From a virus: a stretch of 37,318 nucleotides of DNA. Positions within the stretch are counted from its first letter, which is position 1, and each line of letters begins with the position of its first letter. The notes beneath the pieces are model-generated. The model was not told the DNA's origin and ran no database searches. It saw only the letters and a list, made by a program, of their open reading frames with translations. The translations under genes and the position numbers were made by a program. Below are positions 29,389-37,167 of this stretch, in pieces. The DNA lies in the IMG/VR virus record IMGVR_UViG_3300028584_000261, positions 1-37,318 of that record; one strand, 5' to 3'.

Positions 29389-29717
29389 TCTGCGCCCTCC
29401 TTTTTCCGTGACGGAAAGGCGAGTAACGGCCTGTAATCGTGACAGTCACGCCTAATCTGATCGGCCACATTGCGGGCCACTAGGGTGACGAACTCGGCCC
29501 ACTGCTCGAAACCCTCGGTCTGGCAAATCAGTTCGAGGTCGTCGCGCGTGCCCGGGTATACGTCGAACTTGTAGGGGAGGGACTGCGCGCGCACCAGGCT
29601 CGCGCCTTCGGCAGTGCGCTTGCGTTCTTGCCGCCTGCGGGCGAGCTCGCGCTGCCGCTCGGCAGGACCCAGCGGCTTGCCGTCTGGACCCATAATCACG
29701 GTCGCATGCCTACCCAT
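29385..29717 (-). CDS. Hypothetical protein with basic N-terminal segment (110 aa)
   Basis: Start set at MGRHATV (8-nt overlap with the upstream stop). Confidence 0.5.
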   Translation of the reverse strand: MGRHATVIMGPDGKPLGPAERQRELARRRQERKRTAEGASLVRAQSLPYKFDVYPGTRDDLELICQTEGFEQWAEFVTLVARNVADQIRRDCHDYRPLLAFPSRKKEGAE

Positions 29718-30321
29718 GGGCCACCGCCTTCGCGAAACGCTCCAGACGGGCCAGATCCGGCAGCGATCGGCCAGTACCAACGGCGACCGACGCGAGCTCG
29801 CTGATCATGCTCAGAACGGCGTCGAGGCCTTCGCGCAGCATCAGGTCGACCGCATCCGGGTCGTCGCGGAGCGAATAGCTCCCGTCATGGGCCGGGGTCG
29901 CGGCAGCGACAAAGGTTCCGAACTCCTGCAGCACCTTGGCCAGGTCGGACGGAACGGACGATGTGCGGGCCTGATAGGCGATGCGAGGAGCGCGAATATC
30001 AAGGCCGCCGACGAGCTCGATGCATTCACGACGAACGTCGTCAGCGATGCGAGCCGGTAGGCAACCGATCCAGGTCCATTTCCATTCGAGAGGGAACGAG
30101 CTCGTGCCGTTGAAGATGCGGCCGAGGCGTGTCGCCCAGGCTTTTCGCTCTTTCAGATAAGCGGCGCCGTCTGACTCCTCGAGGGCGACCTCGATCAGCC
30201 CCTCGGCGATCAGTGTGGGGGCTAGCAGCTCGTGCGCGAACCGCTCGACGTTCCACTCCGATTGCATGAACCATTGGTTCGTGTGCCGCAGCACGATTTC
30301 CCGTTCCGTCCTACCCTGCAT
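29710..30321 (-). CDS. First early-operon protein, divergent from cI (203 aa, no obvious HTH; weak resemblance to 186 CII/CP76-type regulators)
   Basis: GGGAGA RBS. Occupies the cro position. Only vague pattern similarity to CP76-type regulators (LGRIFNG..FPLEW, VLSMISELASVAV). Confidence 0.5.
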   Translation of the reverse strand: MQGRTEREIVLRHTNQWFMQSEWNVERFAHELLAPTLIAEGLIEVALEESDGAAYLKERKAWATRLGRIFNGTSSFPLEWKWTWIGCLPARIADDVRRECIELVGGLDIRAPRIAYQARTSSVPSDLAKVLQEFGTFVAAATPAHDGSYSLRDDPDAVDLMLREGLDAVLSMISELASVAVGTGRSLPDLARLERFAKAVAHG

Positions 30322-30347
30322 AGCACTTTTTCTCCCGAAAAGTGTCG

Positions 30348-30367
30348 GATGTCGTTATAGCGACATC
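30348..30367. promoter_or_regulatory. Candidate operator palindrome overlapping a possible early-promoter -10
   Basis: GATGTCG-TTATAG-CGACATC. On the minus strand the spacer reads CTATAA, and TATAAC forms a -10-like hexamer. Confidence 0.4.
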
Positions 30368-30414
30368 TTCGGGATTCCGAATAAAAAGATCAACTAAAAT
30401 TCAGGATACCGAGT

Positions 30415-30432
30415 GGAATCCTTATCGATTCC
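30415..30432. promoter_or_regulatory. Candidate operator palindrome upstream of cI
   Basis: GGAATC-CTTATC-GATTCC. The half-site GATTCCGAA recurs at 30373-30381. Confidence 0.4.
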
Positions 30433-30468
30433 GAACGGAGAATAAGCAAGGGACTGAGAGGGCCACCT

Positions 30469-31134
30469 ATGAAAGATATTCAGCACATCGGGCCGGCCAT
30501 AAAGGCGCGGCGGCAGGCGCGCGGATGGAGCCAGTCGGCGCTATGCGAGGCAGCAGGGAACGCGATCAATACGAGCACGCTATCGACGACCGAGAACGGC
30601 ATGAGCCTGCCCAACGTGATGGCCGCTTATGCGGTGGCGAAAGCGCTTGGCACTACCGTCGAGGCGCTGATCGAGGAAGCGACCAATCCGGGCGCCGTTC
30701 GGAACCCCACAGAAACCGCCGAAAGGGTACCCGTCGTACCGTGGCACATGGCGGCCGAATGGAAGCTAAACCCCGATATTACGCGGCTTCCAGCGAATAC
30801 CCCGTGGGTTTTACCGCCTGAGAATTCGACGCCCGGCATGTTCGCCCTGGTCGTGCCTGATGACACCATGCATTCACCCAGCGGCTTGGCGTTTCCAGCC
30901 GGTTCGACCATCTTCGTGAACCCTCGGCGCGTGGCCGATGCGAACGACCTGGTCGTCGGCTATACGCACAAGGCCGAGGAGCTGACGTTTAAAAGGTTGA
31001 TCCAGGACGGAGCACAGCGGTACCTTCGACCGCTAAACCCTCAATTCCCGATGGTCTCGATCGACGGTAATTTCCAGGTTGTAGGGATAGTGACGGGCAT
31101 GCGAATGATCATCGAAAAGGGGGTCATTCGATAA
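30469..31134 (+). CDS. cI: Lambda CI-like repressor (XRE HTH plus S24 LexA-type C-terminal domain)
   Basis: The C-terminal domain aligns by eye with lambda CI (ELTFKRLIQDGAQRYLRPLNPQFPMVSIDGNFQVVGIV vs [38 protein letters not shown]). GAGAGG RBS. Divergent from the early operon. Confidence 0.9.
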   Translation: MKDIQHIGPAIKARRQARGWSQSALCEAAGNAINTSTLSTTENGMSLPNVMAAYAVAKALGTTVEALIEEATNPGAVRNPTETAERVPVVPWHMAAEWKLNPDITRLPANTPWVLPPENSTPGMFALVVPDDTMHSPSGLAFPAGSTIFVNPRRVADANDLVVGYTHKAEELTFKRLIQDGAQRYLRPLNPQFPMVSIDGNFQVVGIVTGMRMIIEKGVIR

Positions 31135-31224
31135 ACGGAAAAGTCAAGGTTTCGGTATTCTGAATAAATGACGTAGACTGCGGCCACCCCGCAGTTAATA
31201 GCTTTGCAAGGCACCAAAGAAAAA

Positions 31225-31250
31225 GCCCCGGGGTCTGGTAACCCCGGGGC
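31225..31250. terminator. Strong hairpin terminator after cI (better U-tract on the minus strand)
   Basis: GCCCCGGGG-TCTGGTAA-CCCCGGGGC. The plus strand continues CTTATT. The minus strand continues TTTTTCTTT. Confidence 0.6.
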
Positions 31251-31398
31251 CTTATTCGAATGACTGCCGACCCCGAAAGGGTGCAACAGTAGAGCTCAAC
31301 TTTTGGCGAATAATCTGTTTTGCGGGCAGGTTATCCAGTTGTAGCCAACAGCGAATGTTGAAGCTCAAGTGTAGCACCACGCGGTCGAGTGTCTAACG

Positions 31399-31442
31399 AA
31401 TGTTCTTTTGTGCTTTTGCGTTTTTGCGCAAAGGAACAAAAT
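31399..31442. promoter_or_regulatory. Repeat island D at the repA start (iteron/operator-like)
   Basis: CTTTTGTGC 31405-31413, CTTTTGCGT 31413-31421, TTTTTGCGC 31421-31429 (8-bp phase). Inverted GAACAAAAT at 31434-31442 overlaps the repA ATG. The 13-mer AATGTTCTTTTGT is shared with island C. Confidence 0.55.
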
Positions 31443-34400
31443 GCACAATAGGAATGACAACGCGAGCGCCCTGGCCCGTTTCTACGAGGAACGGTTCCGC
31501 TCTGACCCTTATGCCCTGGTCGATTATTTCGAGCACGACATCGCCGCCGCTGCGGCAGACGTCGGCATTAAATGGTCGGCGCTGCAACGCGACATCACTT
31601 GGGATGGCCAAAAGACTCGCCCCAAAGGCGCGGCATCGGTCACTGACAAGGCCCACCGGGGCAAGGTCATGGCGTGGGCCTCGATCAAGCGGGCCGACGA
31701 GTTCGAGTATCCCTTCGTCAACTTCACGAACAACAATCCGGCCGTCGGCAAATCGAGCTGGTCAGGCTTCGCGGCGCTGCTCGAGCTTTTCCGCGAGCAG
31801 GGCGGCACGGCTACCAGCAAGAAGCATGACGAGTGGCTGAAAAAGCAAGAAGCCGAGCGCGCCACGCGCGAGGCGGCACGCAAGGCCGCCGAGGAGAAGG
31901 CCCGCAAGGCCGAGGCCCTGGTCCATGGCGAGCGCCTGGCCTACGAGTCGGCCTGGCACTGCGGCGGACGCCATGCCTACCAATACGAAGCCGGCGGCAA
32001 GATCCGCGATGGCTTCGTCGAGCTGATCAGCGACGAGGACGGATCGGCCCCCTACCTGGTCGCCAAAGGCGTCAGCGCGGTTGTGTCACGCTTTCAAATG
32101 AAGCGTATGCGTGACGGTAACGGTTATTTTACAGCCGTTCCCCTGTACAACATCGACGGCCTGTTCCTCGGCCTGCAACGCCTCTACGCCAACTTCAAGC
32201 TCCAGGGCACCGGCGTGAAGATGGACGGAGCGCACTGCATCATCGGCGAGCTCGAGTCGGCCGAACTGGTCTATGCCGCCGAAGGCTTCGCCACCGGCGC
32301 AAGCGTCTGGCTAGCAGAGCACGAGGCCGGAAATAACGTCGCGGTGATCGTGACGTTCAACGTCGACAACCTGAAAAAGGTCGTCGCCGCTTACGCCAAG
32401 CGCTGCCCGAACCTGCAGATCCGCAACGCGGTCGATAATGACCAATGGAAGCCGGTCGCAGGTAACGCCGGGATGCTGGCCGCCCTCGAGCTCGCGCGCG
32501 ACTGCAACTCGCCGGCCCTGGTGCCCAATTTCGACGCCCTCGGCGCCGAGGCGATCGCCAAGTTCAAGGCCGACAAGAAAGGCCCTACCGACTGGAACGA
32601 CTACCACCTCGCTTTCGGCTTGAAGGCCATGGCAAAGGCCATGCGCGCCCGTTCTACCGTGTTCAAGCCTTACAAAGACTGGTTCGCCTACACCCTGCAG
32701 CGCCTCCAGTTCTCCGGCGTAACCGCCGAGAAGGCCGCGCGCCAGGCGATCAACGCGGGCATGTTGCTGGTTCCGATCAAGTATTCGGGCGAGGCCGTTC
32801 TCAAACTGGTGATGGAGCATATCCCGGAAGGCCCGAAGGTCGACCGGCCGAAGCTGCGCTCGTTCTGCCAGTGGCTCGCAAAGCAGAAGATCACCCAAGC
32901 CGCCGAGCTGCGTTCGTTCTCGCCGGCCACCCTGGCTAAGGGGCACATTCAGCACCTACGCATCGAGGGCGTGCGCCAGGCGCATGGCAACGTCGAGATC
33001 CCCGCGCACCTGGTTCACCTGATCGAGTCGATCGAGGGCTGCATCATCCTGCGCGCGCCCATGGGCAGCGGCAAAACCGAGAAGGTCATCGCGCCACTGA
33101 TCCGCGACGCCGCGAAGGGCGCCTATGTTGCCCACCGCGTCTCGCTGCTCGACGACGCGGCGGCACGTTTGAATCGGGTCACTGACAGCCAGGGCAAGGC
33201 CGCACGCAACCGCGACGGCAGCTATAAAACCGACGGCCTGGTCCACCACTATAAGCAAGTTATGGCCGCCTGGATGCGCGACGTCTCGCACCTCGCCTGC
33301 TGCGTCAACTCGATTACCGCCCCAAAGTTCTACAACGCCGACGAGCGTTCCTGGTTCACCACCGTGGACACCCTTTGCATCGACGAGGCCGGCCAGGTCA
33401 TCAGCCACGTCGCCTCCGGCCCCGTCGAGGGTCGCGTCCGCGTTTACGACGCCCTGATCGACGCCGTGCGCGACGCGAAGCGCGTGCTGCTGTGCGACGC
33501 CGACGCGAACGACAACGTCGTCGAGTTCTGCGAGCTCGCGCGCCCTGGCGAGAAAATCACCATCATCGAAGTGACCGGCAGCGCCGAGCACATCCGCGTC
33601 GACCACTCTGACGACGAAACCGTCTGGCAGGTTGCCCTCGACTGGATCTCGGCAGGCAAACGCGTCCTGATGGCGAACGACTCGGTCGAGAGCTGCAAAA
33701 AGCTCGCGGCCGTGATCGAGGAACGCCAGGAAGCGGGCGAGATCAAGCCTGTTCGGATGCTGGTCGTCCACCAGGGCAACAAAGGCGAGCCAGAGGTCGC
33801 CGCGTTCCTGCGCGACCCCGACGGCGAGGCCGTGAAATATGACGTCCTGATCTACTCGCCGGCCATCAGCTCCGGCGTGTCGATGACCTTCGGCGGCTCC
33901 GCGCACTTTGACCATCACGTCGGCCTATTCAGCGGCCAGACCGTCAGCCCCTCCGATGCGATCCAGATGCTTCGACGCGACCGGACAGCCCGTCACTACC
34001 TGGTCGGCCTCGGCCACGCGTCAGCGCAGCGCCAGACCGACAGCGAGGCACTTTATCGCGGGATGCTGCAGGCCGACGAGCAGACGTTCGGCTTCGAGGA
34101 AGGCGAGGGCGAGGTCCGCTTCGTTCGCAAGAAAACCGCCTTCGACATCACCTACCTGGCCAGCACCACCAGCGAGAACCGCGCGCGGAACGATTTCGCG
34201 AACAATTTCCTGCTGATGCTGATCAGCGATGGCTACCAGGTGCATCGCGCCAACCTTGACGACCCGGAGCGCACCAAGGAATCGCGGGCAAACCGCGAGC
34301 TCGGCGCCGTCCTGGTGTTCGAAAAGCGCATGGATCTGATCAACAGCGTCGAGACCCCGGACGACGAGACGTTCGCACGCCTGAATCGCCAGGAGGTGCG

Positions 34401-35295
34401 CAGCGAGCGCGAGAGCGCCCAGGTCGACCGCTACCACATGGCCAATCAACTCGGCGTCGACGAGCCGACCCCGGACGACGTAGCGTTCTATGACGACCGA
34501 GGCATCAGCCGCGTCGTCGCTATGGAGCTGCTGCAGTCGAGCGAGGAGCAAGCCCAGGCCTACGACCAGGCGCAACGCAAAGCGCGCGTCGTGCTGACTC
34601 AGCACCGCTACAAGTCGGCGGCCCGCGCGTTTCTGGTCAAGACCTTCGAAACGCTTGGCCTGGACCGCTTCACGGGCGAGGGATCCTTCACCGTCGACCA
34701 ATGCCGCCAGATCCTCGCAGAGATCCGCGCGGATCAAGCGAGCCTCGACCTTTACAACGCCCTCAAGCTGGGGCGCCTGTTGCCCTCGCTGACGGCCAAG
34801 GCCTGCGCGACGACGGTCGTCAAATCAATCATCGAGCGCCTCGGCGTCAGCGTGCATAAGCGCAAGACGAACGGCCGCAATGTTTTCGAGATCGATGCCG
34901 ATACCTGGCAGGTCATCATGGCCTACGTCGAGCAGCGCGCGGCCATTGGCGTTCACTCCCTGGCCACACACGAGACGGCGGCCCCCTACGAGCCGAAAAC
35001 CCTCGAGCAGCCTGCAGGCGAAGCCCCAGCCCAGCAGGGCGCCCTCGAGCGCGACAGGGACACTTTGCAGGGAGAGGTTAAAGACTCCGAAGAAAAGTAT
35101 CCCTTGAGCCTTGCGGAAAAAATCTACGCGGTCGCTGTTCGCTGTTCAAAGCCCCTCGGTATCCCGTTGGCGCAGGTTGTGGGGGCGTTTCGACGGGACA
35201 TCCTCGAGGACTGGGTAAGACCAGGCGCCGACGAACGGAGAATCGGGTTTGAACTCGAGTACGTGGCGCGGCTGATGCAAAAACCCGCGCTGTGA
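31441..35295 (+). CDS. repA: Replication protein RepA (primase/TOPRIM plus helicase), N15 RepA-like, 1284 aa
   Basis: TOPRIM-like AEGFATGASVW...VDNDQW, Walker A APMGSGKTEKV, Walker B LCIDEAGQV. Its size and its position between cI and the protelomerase match N15-type phages. Start set at MHNRND (AAGGA RBS) rather than 31408. Confidence 0.85.
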   Translation: MHNRNDNASALARFYEERFRSDPYALVDYFEHDIAAAAADVGIKWSALQRDITWDGQKTRPKGAASVTDKAHRGKVMAWASIKRADEFEYPFVNFTNNNPAVGKSSWSGFAALLELFREQGGTATSKKHDEWLKKQEAERATREAARKAAEEKARKAEALVHGERLAYESAWHCGGRHAYQYEAGGKIRDGFVELISDEDGSAPYLVAKGVSAVVSRFQMKRMRDGNGYFTAVPLYNIDGLFLGLQRLYANFKLQGTGVKMDGAHCIIGELESAELVYAAEGFATGASVWLAEHEAGNNVAVIVTFNVDNLKKVVAAYAKRCPNLQIRNAVDNDQWKPVAGNAGMLAALELARDCNSPALVPNFDALGAEAIAKFKADKKGPTDWNDYHLAFGLKAMAKAMRARSTVFKPYKDWFAYTLQRLQFSGVTAEKAARQAINAGMLLVPIKYSGEAVLKLVMEHIPEGPKVDRPKLRSFCQWLAKQKITQAAELRSFSPATLAKGHIQHLRIEGVRQAHGNVEIPAHLVHLIESIEGCIILRAPMGSGKTEKVIAPLIRDAAKGAYVAHRVSLLDDAAARLNRVTDSQGKAARNRDGSYKTDGLVHHYKQVMAAWMRDVSHLACCVNSITAPKFYNADERSWFTTVDTLCIDEAGQVISHVASGPVEGRVRVYDALIDAVRDAKRVLLCDADANDNVVEFCELARPGEKITIIEVTGSAEHIRVDHSDDETVWQVALDWISAGKRVLMANDSVESCKKLAAVIEERQEAGEIKPVRMLVVHQGNKGEPEVAAFLRDPDGEAVKYDVLIYSPAISSGVSMTFGGSAHFDHHVGLFSGQTVSPSDAIQMLRRDRTARHYLVGLGHASAQRQTDSEALYRGMLQADEQTFGFEEGEGEVRFVRKKTAFDITYLASTTSENRARNDFANNFLLMLISDGYQVHRANLDDPERTKESRANRELGAVLVFEKRMDLINSVETPDDETFARLNRQEVRSERESAQVDRYHMANQLGVDEPTPDDVAFYDDRGISRVVAMELLQSSEEQAQAYDQAQRKARVVLTQHRYKSAARAFLVKTFETLGLDRFTGEGSFTVDQCRQILAEIRADQASLDLYNALKLGRLLPSLTAKACATTVVKSIIERLGVSVHKRKTNGRNVFEIDADTWQVIMAYVEQRAAIGVHSLATHETAAPYEPKTLEQPAGEAPAQQGALERDRDTLQGEVKDSEEKYPLSLAEKIYAVAVRCSKPLGIPLAQVVGAFRRDILEDWVRPGADERRIGFELEYVARLMQKPAL

Positions 35296-35315
35296 TACTG
35301 TATGCATAACCAGCA
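35296..35315. promoter_or_regulatory. LexA (SOS) box-like operator
   Basis: TACTGTATGCATAACCAGCA: CTG-N10-CAG, 15/20 matches to TACTGTATATATATACAGTA. Overlaps a possible -10 (GATACT 35294-35299). Confidence 0.45.
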
Positions 35316-35352
35316 CGGCCATTTGAAATTAGCGAGCCAAGGAGTAGGAAAC

Positions 35353-35607
35353 GTGCCAATTCTCGACATGATGGACAACACAAGCGCGGGTATCCGCAGT
35401 GCCTTGGCGATCAGCCAAATGCTCGGGTTAAGCGCTCACCAGCTCACCCAGGAAGAGCTAGCCGAAGGCCTGGCCGTGCTGCGCGAGAAGCTGCAGCAGG
35501 TCGAGCAGTTGCACGAGGCCGCCTACTCCGTTGCGGCTCAAAAAGAAATGCCGGGGCAAGCCCCGGCATCTTTTCACCTCGCCAGCGTCAAGACGCTGAC
35601 CCGATAG
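35353..35607 (+). CDS. Orphan small helical protein (84 aa) in the repA-telN slot; candidate antirepressor
   Basis: AAGGAG (35339-35344) lies 8 nt before a GTG. G/C-ending codon bias. No recognisable domain. The ORF-track version starts at 35302 without an SD. Confidence 0.5.
   Translation: MPILDMMDNTSAGIRSALAISQMLGLSAHQLTQEELAEGLAVLREKLQQVEQLHEAAYSVAAQKEMPGQAPASFHLASVKTLTR
35540..35575. terminator. Bidirectional terminator between convergent smORF and telN
   Basis: 9-bp stem ATGCCGGGG-CAAG-CCCCGGCAT, flanked by AAAAAGAA and CTTTTC. Lies inside the 3' part of the smORF. Confidence 0.7.
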
Positions 35608-37150
35608 CCTTCTCGTAGACCTTGTGCATCGCGGCCATACGATCGCCGTCGACGACCGTGGCCAAGTCAACACCGTTGACGCGGGCCACGGCCTGCCACT
35701 GACCATCCTCGAGCTGGTGAACGGTCAGATGCGGTTTAGCCTTGGCCACCTCTTTCGGAACCGGCGCCGCGACCTCGGCGATGCCACGGTTCGGAATGGC
35801 CAACGCCTCGCCCGCGATCTCTAGATATTCCTTGATGTTGGGCCGGTAGCTGCCGACGTTGGTCTGTATCGCCTTTTGTGAGATCCGCGCCTCCGGCGCG
35901 GCTTTGACCGTTTCCTTAACCCATTGGTGGATCTTGTGCAGCGACGAGCTCGCCTTTATCCGCTCGTGCCCGTTGAGGGACTCCAGCGCCTCGAGGCGGC
36001 TTGCCCACTTGCCCGAAACCTCGGCCACTGGCCCGGACGGCTTTGTGTAGTCGAGCTTAAACGCCTTGTAGCTTTCCTGCGTACTCATGTCCTCGTGGCC
36101 GAGCATCGCCTGCCAAAACACGGTTTCGTTGACCTTTTTCCACTTCGGATCGCGCGCATAGTGCAGCTCGAAAACGGCCCGCGCCCATATCTTGCGGCTG
36201 TCCTTGAACACGCGGCGCGGGTCGTTGAATACGCGCTTTGTCAGTTGGTTCAGGTTGCTATGCACCCGATTGTTCACCGCGACGTTATCCATGCCCTGCA
36301 GCTCCTGGACCTCGGGCAGATCCCGCAGCGCCTTGATCGAAGCGAGCACCAGGTCAGCGGAAACGAGGGTATAGATCCGATAGCTGTCGGAGTAATCGAC
36401 GCCCTCGCGGCGCTTGGCCTGGCCGGCGAATTCGAGCTCGAACTCGCCCGCCTTCTTGAACCGGCCCAGCTTGAGCACCTCGATTTCGCGCCGGCCGGTC
36501 GCCAGGGCGATGCCGAGGGTCAGATGCGAGAAGTAGGGCGAGACGGTGCCGTCGCCGCGCAGTTGCTGCGCCGACAGCAGTTCGTTGATCGTGGCCATCA
36601 GCCAATGAAAATTTATCTCGACCGAGTTCGTCGCCTGGACCTCGAGGCGCTCGACCGCCTCGGACGCGAGCTCGGCTTTCGTGGCGGCTGGAAGGGTCAG
36701 ATGCCGCATGATCTCGTGGTCGAGCTTGAGCGTGCGGATAGCCTCGTAGGCGTCGTCGTCGCGAGCCCTGCGAACCTCGGTCAATAGGTCGCGGTGCGCG
36801 AATCGCAGATCCTTGATGTCGGCGTGATCGAGCATCGCCTGCAGCGCCTCGGCCCACTGAGGATGCTTGCGGGCGATGCGCCCGACGGACTCCTCGAGCG
36901 CGTGATGCCGCCAGTTCTGCGCGGTGACCGCGTTGCGGATGATGGTCAGATAACGGCGGTAGCTGGCCGGCGCGAGCTTGTCCTCGTCCTTCCGGCGGCG
37001 ATCCTCGTACAGACCGTTTTTGATGCGATCGGCGAGCCGAGCCAGGCGCTTCGTTTTGTCGCCGCGGCTCAGTTGCACGTCGCCATCGATAGCGCGAACG
37101 CCGTCCAGCAATGTGCGAGTTACGTCCTCTAGATCAACCTTCCTGCCCAT
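35588..37150 (-). CDS. telN: Protelomerase (telomere resolvase, TelN/TelK family), 520 aa
   Basis: Tyrosine-recombinase-like catalytic core (ALATGRREIEV box, GHEDMSTQESYKAF with candidate catalytic Tyr). Adjacent to the terminal palindrome. AAGGAGG RBS 7 nt before the ATG at 37150. Confidence 0.85.
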   Translation of the reverse strand: MGRKVDLEDVTRTLLDGVRAIDGDVQLSRGDKTKRLARLADRIKNGLYEDRRRKDEDKLAPASYRRYLTIIRNAVTAQNWRHHALEESVGRIARKHPQWAEALQAMLDHADIKDLRFAHRDLLTEVRRARDDDAYEAIRTLKLDHEIMRHLTLPAATKAELASEAVERLEVQATNSVEINFHWLMATINELLSAQQLRGDGTVSPYFSHLTLGIALATGRREIEVLKLGRFKKAGEFELEFAGQAKRREGVDYSDSYRIYTLVSADLVLASIKALRDLPEVQELQGMDNVAVNNRVHSNLNQLTKRVFNDPRRVFKDSRKIWARAVFELHYARDPKWKKVNETVFWQAMLGHEDMSTQESYKAFKLDYTKPSGPVAEVSGKWASRLEALESLNGHERIKASSSLHKIHQWVKETVKAAPEARISQKAIQTNVGSYRPNIKEYLEIAGEALAIPNRGIAEVAAPVPKEVAKAKPHLTVHQLEDGQWQAVARVNGVDLATVVDGDRMAAMHKVYEKAIGSAS

Positions 37151-37167
37151 CTTCGTGCCTCCTTTGG

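Noticed and set aside
31225-31290. Possible tRNA (TTCGAAT resembles a T-loop)
   Set aside because: No acceptor, D or anticodon stems can be drawn around it. The adjacent 9-bp hairpin is a terminator-type structure.
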